Origin: Nitrospirota bacterium
GTDB lineage: Bacteria > Nitrospirota > Thermodesulfovibrionia > Thermodesulfovibrionales > Dissulfurispiraceae
Direction of reading: 5' to 3'
Length of the DNA stretch: 64,000 nucleotides
Assembly (NCBI GenBank): GCA_040758355.1
Contig: JBFLWF010000003.1
Coordinates: 1 to 64,000, forward strand
Shown piece by piece: positions 61,973 through 64,000 of this stretch; position 1 is the stretch's first letter; every line of letters starts with the position of its first letter. The notes beneath the pieces are model-generated. The model had not been told where the DNA came from, searched no databases, and was given only the letters and a program-made list of their open reading frames with translations. The translations under genes and the position numbers were made by a program.

Positions 61973-62134
61973 ATGTCGAGCATGTTTCAAAAGCCTTTAC
62001 AAAGTGTTGGTCTTTAATTTATGCCAGAGATAATCTACGCATCGCTCAATAAGAGAGCAATGTAGTAGATGACGGGTTCAAGACAATGCAGTTGAAAACT
62101 AAAAGTGTAAAGTCTTTTTCAGCACACTCGACAT
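61973..62134. ncRNA. Unidentified structured non-coding element, copy 2
   Basis: Homologous to 50888-51048, with identical CAATGTAGTAGATGACGG core and covarying stem. Confidence 0.55.
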
Positions 62135-62216
62135 CCATTTCGAGATGTTTGGCTACGGATTATGGTAAATCACAAGATTAGGGTGATAATAGCATGAAGT
62201 CCTGACGGCATTGACC

Positions 62217-62246
62217 GAAAAGAGGGGTGATCCTGAAGACCACCCC
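62217..62246 (-). terminator. Probable intrinsic terminator of the beta-propeller gene
   Basis: Minus strand GGGGTGGTC-TTCAG-GATCACCCC-TCTTTT. Confidence 0.7.
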
Positions 62247-62260
62247 ACTTCTGGAATAGC

Positions 62261-63472
62261 TTAGTGACTATGCATCTTATAAACCCCGGGTATTTCAAAA
62301 AGGTTTGTGTAAGTGTTTATGACCTGTGCTGCCTTATCACCCGTGGGGATTCCTTTGACGACCTCGCGTGTCTGCATGTCAATCACATACAGAGCCCCAT
62401 CAGAGGCATTGGTGGCATATGCCTTTTTGCTGTCAGCGCTGAAGACTATATGGCCGACATGATTGCCGTTTCCTACAGGAATGTCTTTTAGTTTCAGGCC
62501 GGTCTTTGCATCGACGATAGTGATGATATTTGAACCGTATGGGGTCAGCACAACGTAGTTGCCGTCCGGGGTCAGGTATGGATGTCCAACGCCGTTTGCT
62601 GCCTTGATTGTTCTGATGACTTTCTGCTGGGCAACGTCAATCACTGCTACTGTGCTGCCGCCAAACTTTGGGCCGGGACCGCGGTTGCAATAATAGAAAT
62701 ACTTGCCATCGAGGGTAAATATACCGTGATGGCCTTCTATAGCTTCACCCTCTGCCGTCGGTATTTCTATCTTCTTCACCTCTTTGAATGTCGTCATGTC
62801 GACTATTGAGACAGACGGCTTGATCTTTGCAGCGTCATTGCCTTCATAGACTATCCAGACCTGCTTGTTGTCAGGAGTAGGAATAAAGTAATGGGCCGGG
62901 CTGTCGCCATCGATCGTCGCAGCCACTTCGAGGGAAGGGATTTTGAGTACATAGGCCTTTTTGTCAGCATAGTTCTGGACAAAGGCGTATTTGCTATCCC
63001 AGGTGAAGGCAGAGTGCATCATGAGAGGACCTTTGTATTCCTTGTTCGCATGGTCAACGGCAAAGGTCTTCAGTTCCTTGTCGGTCTTAGCATCGAGCAG
63101 AACTGCCTTGACTTCGCCTGTATGATTGATAAGTACATATTTCCCGTCTGGTGTCACGAGCGGATGTTTGACGTTCTTGCCGGTCTTGATGTGTTTCAGG
63201 GTTTTATGGGTTATTGCGTCAATAACCGTTACAGAGTCGCCTCCGTTTTCGCCGACGTATATCTTCTTCAGATCAGGCGTAAGGCAGGCAAGCCAGCCCG
63301 TCGGACCGGTTTCACAATGGCCGATGACCATGTCTTTCTGCGGATCAACAAAAGAAAGTGTTTTTGATGCAGCATTAGGCACGAAGATCCACTTGGCGAC
63401 AGCAGCATATACAGCCGTGCTCAAGCCGACTACGACTAAAGCGATAAGACAATACCTTAAGAATCTCCTCAT
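62261..63472 (-). CDS. Secreted YVTN/YncE-like beta-propeller protein
   Basis: Signal peptide (AVYA) and repeated H...TPDG...V.VID blades. Confidence 0.85.
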   Translation of the reverse strand: MRRFLRYCLIALVVVGLSTAVYAAVAKWIFVPNAASKTLSFVDPQKDMVIGHCETGPTGWLACLTPDLKKIYVGENGGDSVTVIDAITHKTLKHIKTGKNVKHPLVTPDGKYVLINHTGEVKAVLLDAKTDKELKTFAVDHANKEYKGPLMMHSAFTWDSKYAFVQNYADKKAYVLKIPSLEVAATIDGDSPAHYFIPTPDNKQVWIVYEGNDAAKIKPSVSIVDMTTFKEVKKIEIPTAEGEAIEGHHGIFTLDGKYFYYCNRGPGPKFGGSTVAVIDVAQQKVIRTIKAANGVGHPYLTPDGNYVVLTPYGSNIITIVDAKTGLKLKDIPVGNGNHVGHIVFSADSKKAYATNASDGALYVIDMQTREVVKGIPTGDKAAQVINTYTNLFEIPGVYKMHSH

Positions 63473-63553
63473 ACATTACCTCCTCAGGTTTGATTTACAC
63501 GTTATGCAAACACAAAATATCGCAACAACGCATCACCTCCTCCTATGTTTTAT

Positions 63554-63569
63554 TGCACCTATCATGCCA
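63554..63569 (-). promoter_or_regulatory. Sigma-54 (-24/-12) promoter
   Basis: Minus strand TGGCATGATAGGTGCA has the GG-N10-GC spacing; next to a sigma-54 activator gene. Confidence 0.8.
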
Positions 63570-63691
63570 GCGAGGGGCAACCGTTTTGCTGTACTGAAAA
63601 GGACTTGAATGAGGCTGAATGGCGAAGGCAGGGGACTAAGCAACAGAACTATGTGTAAAATACTAAGGCAAAATGCACTAACATGCGCATT

Positions 63692-64000
63692 TTACTCTAT
63701 AGGAATTCCCATGGAATTAAGCTTCCTTCGGAGGGTGCTGTAATCGATTCCTAAAATTCTGGCAGCCTTGCTTTTATTGCCATTGACAGCTTTAAGCACA
63801 TTTGCTATATGAAGCCTCTCTATATCAAAAAGTGTTAAATCAGAAGGATACGGGGAAACGGATTGAGTAGTTCGTTCACTGCCAGTCCTTATCTCATAGG
63901 GCAGGTCGTCAATGCCGATAATATCGGCATCCGTTATGGTAATCGCCCTTTCTATGACATTTTCAAGTTCTCTAACATTGCCTTCCCATTTGTATCCGAT
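63692..64000 (-). CDS. Sigma-54-dependent Fis-family activator, C-terminal part (runs off the window)
   Basis: Hand translation YKWEGNVRELENVIERA ... GNKSKAARILGIDYSTLRRKL. Confidence 0.93.
   Translation of the reverse strand: MGYKWEGNVRELENVIERAITITDADIIGIDDLPYEIRTGSERTTQSVSPYPSDLTLFDIERLHIANVLKAVNGNKSKAARILGIDYSTLRRKLNSMGIPIE

Noticed and set aside
50888..62134. Shared element as CRISPR repeat, 6S RNA or small ORF
   Set aside because: Copies are 11 kb apart with no spacer array or cas genes; the ORFs are short and not conserved; I recognise no 6S features. Only a covariance-model search can fully exclude a known RNA.

Overview
Bacterial chromosomal window. Gene content and protein style suggest an anaerobic Nitrospirota (Thermodesulfovibrionales-like) organism; this is inference only. 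Layout: (1) 1-124, right end of an IS3-family element. (2) 0.1-18.5 kb, an AT-rich surface-polysaccharide cluster. (3) miaB, mtaB, proS, ppx, oxoacid oxidoreductase beta/gamma and a GNAT. (4) A minus-strand block with a MacAB-like exporter (frameshifted permease), glnD, tamB, bamA/tamA and a SurA-like protein. (5) A NuoE/NuoF-like plus selenocysteine formate dehydrogenase operon with fhs. (6) uvrA, apbE, yacG, dapB, rubredoxin and a ferritin-like protein, hlyC, a probable Re-citrate synthase and ilvBN. (7) Fluoride riboswitch-crcB-DUF190, a hybrid kinase, a His-lined beta-propeller under a sigma-54 promoter, and the 3' end of a sigma-54 activator. The most unusual signal is two diverged ~161-nt non-coding elements (50888-51048 and 61973-62134). 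They share an identical 18-nt core and a covarying closing stem with conserved internal loops, so they are a candidate unrecognised structured RNA or element family. Also unusual is a pervasive set of degenerate 6-9-nt tandem repeats, often in inverted pairs, that sit in frame in core genes and supply start/stop codons.
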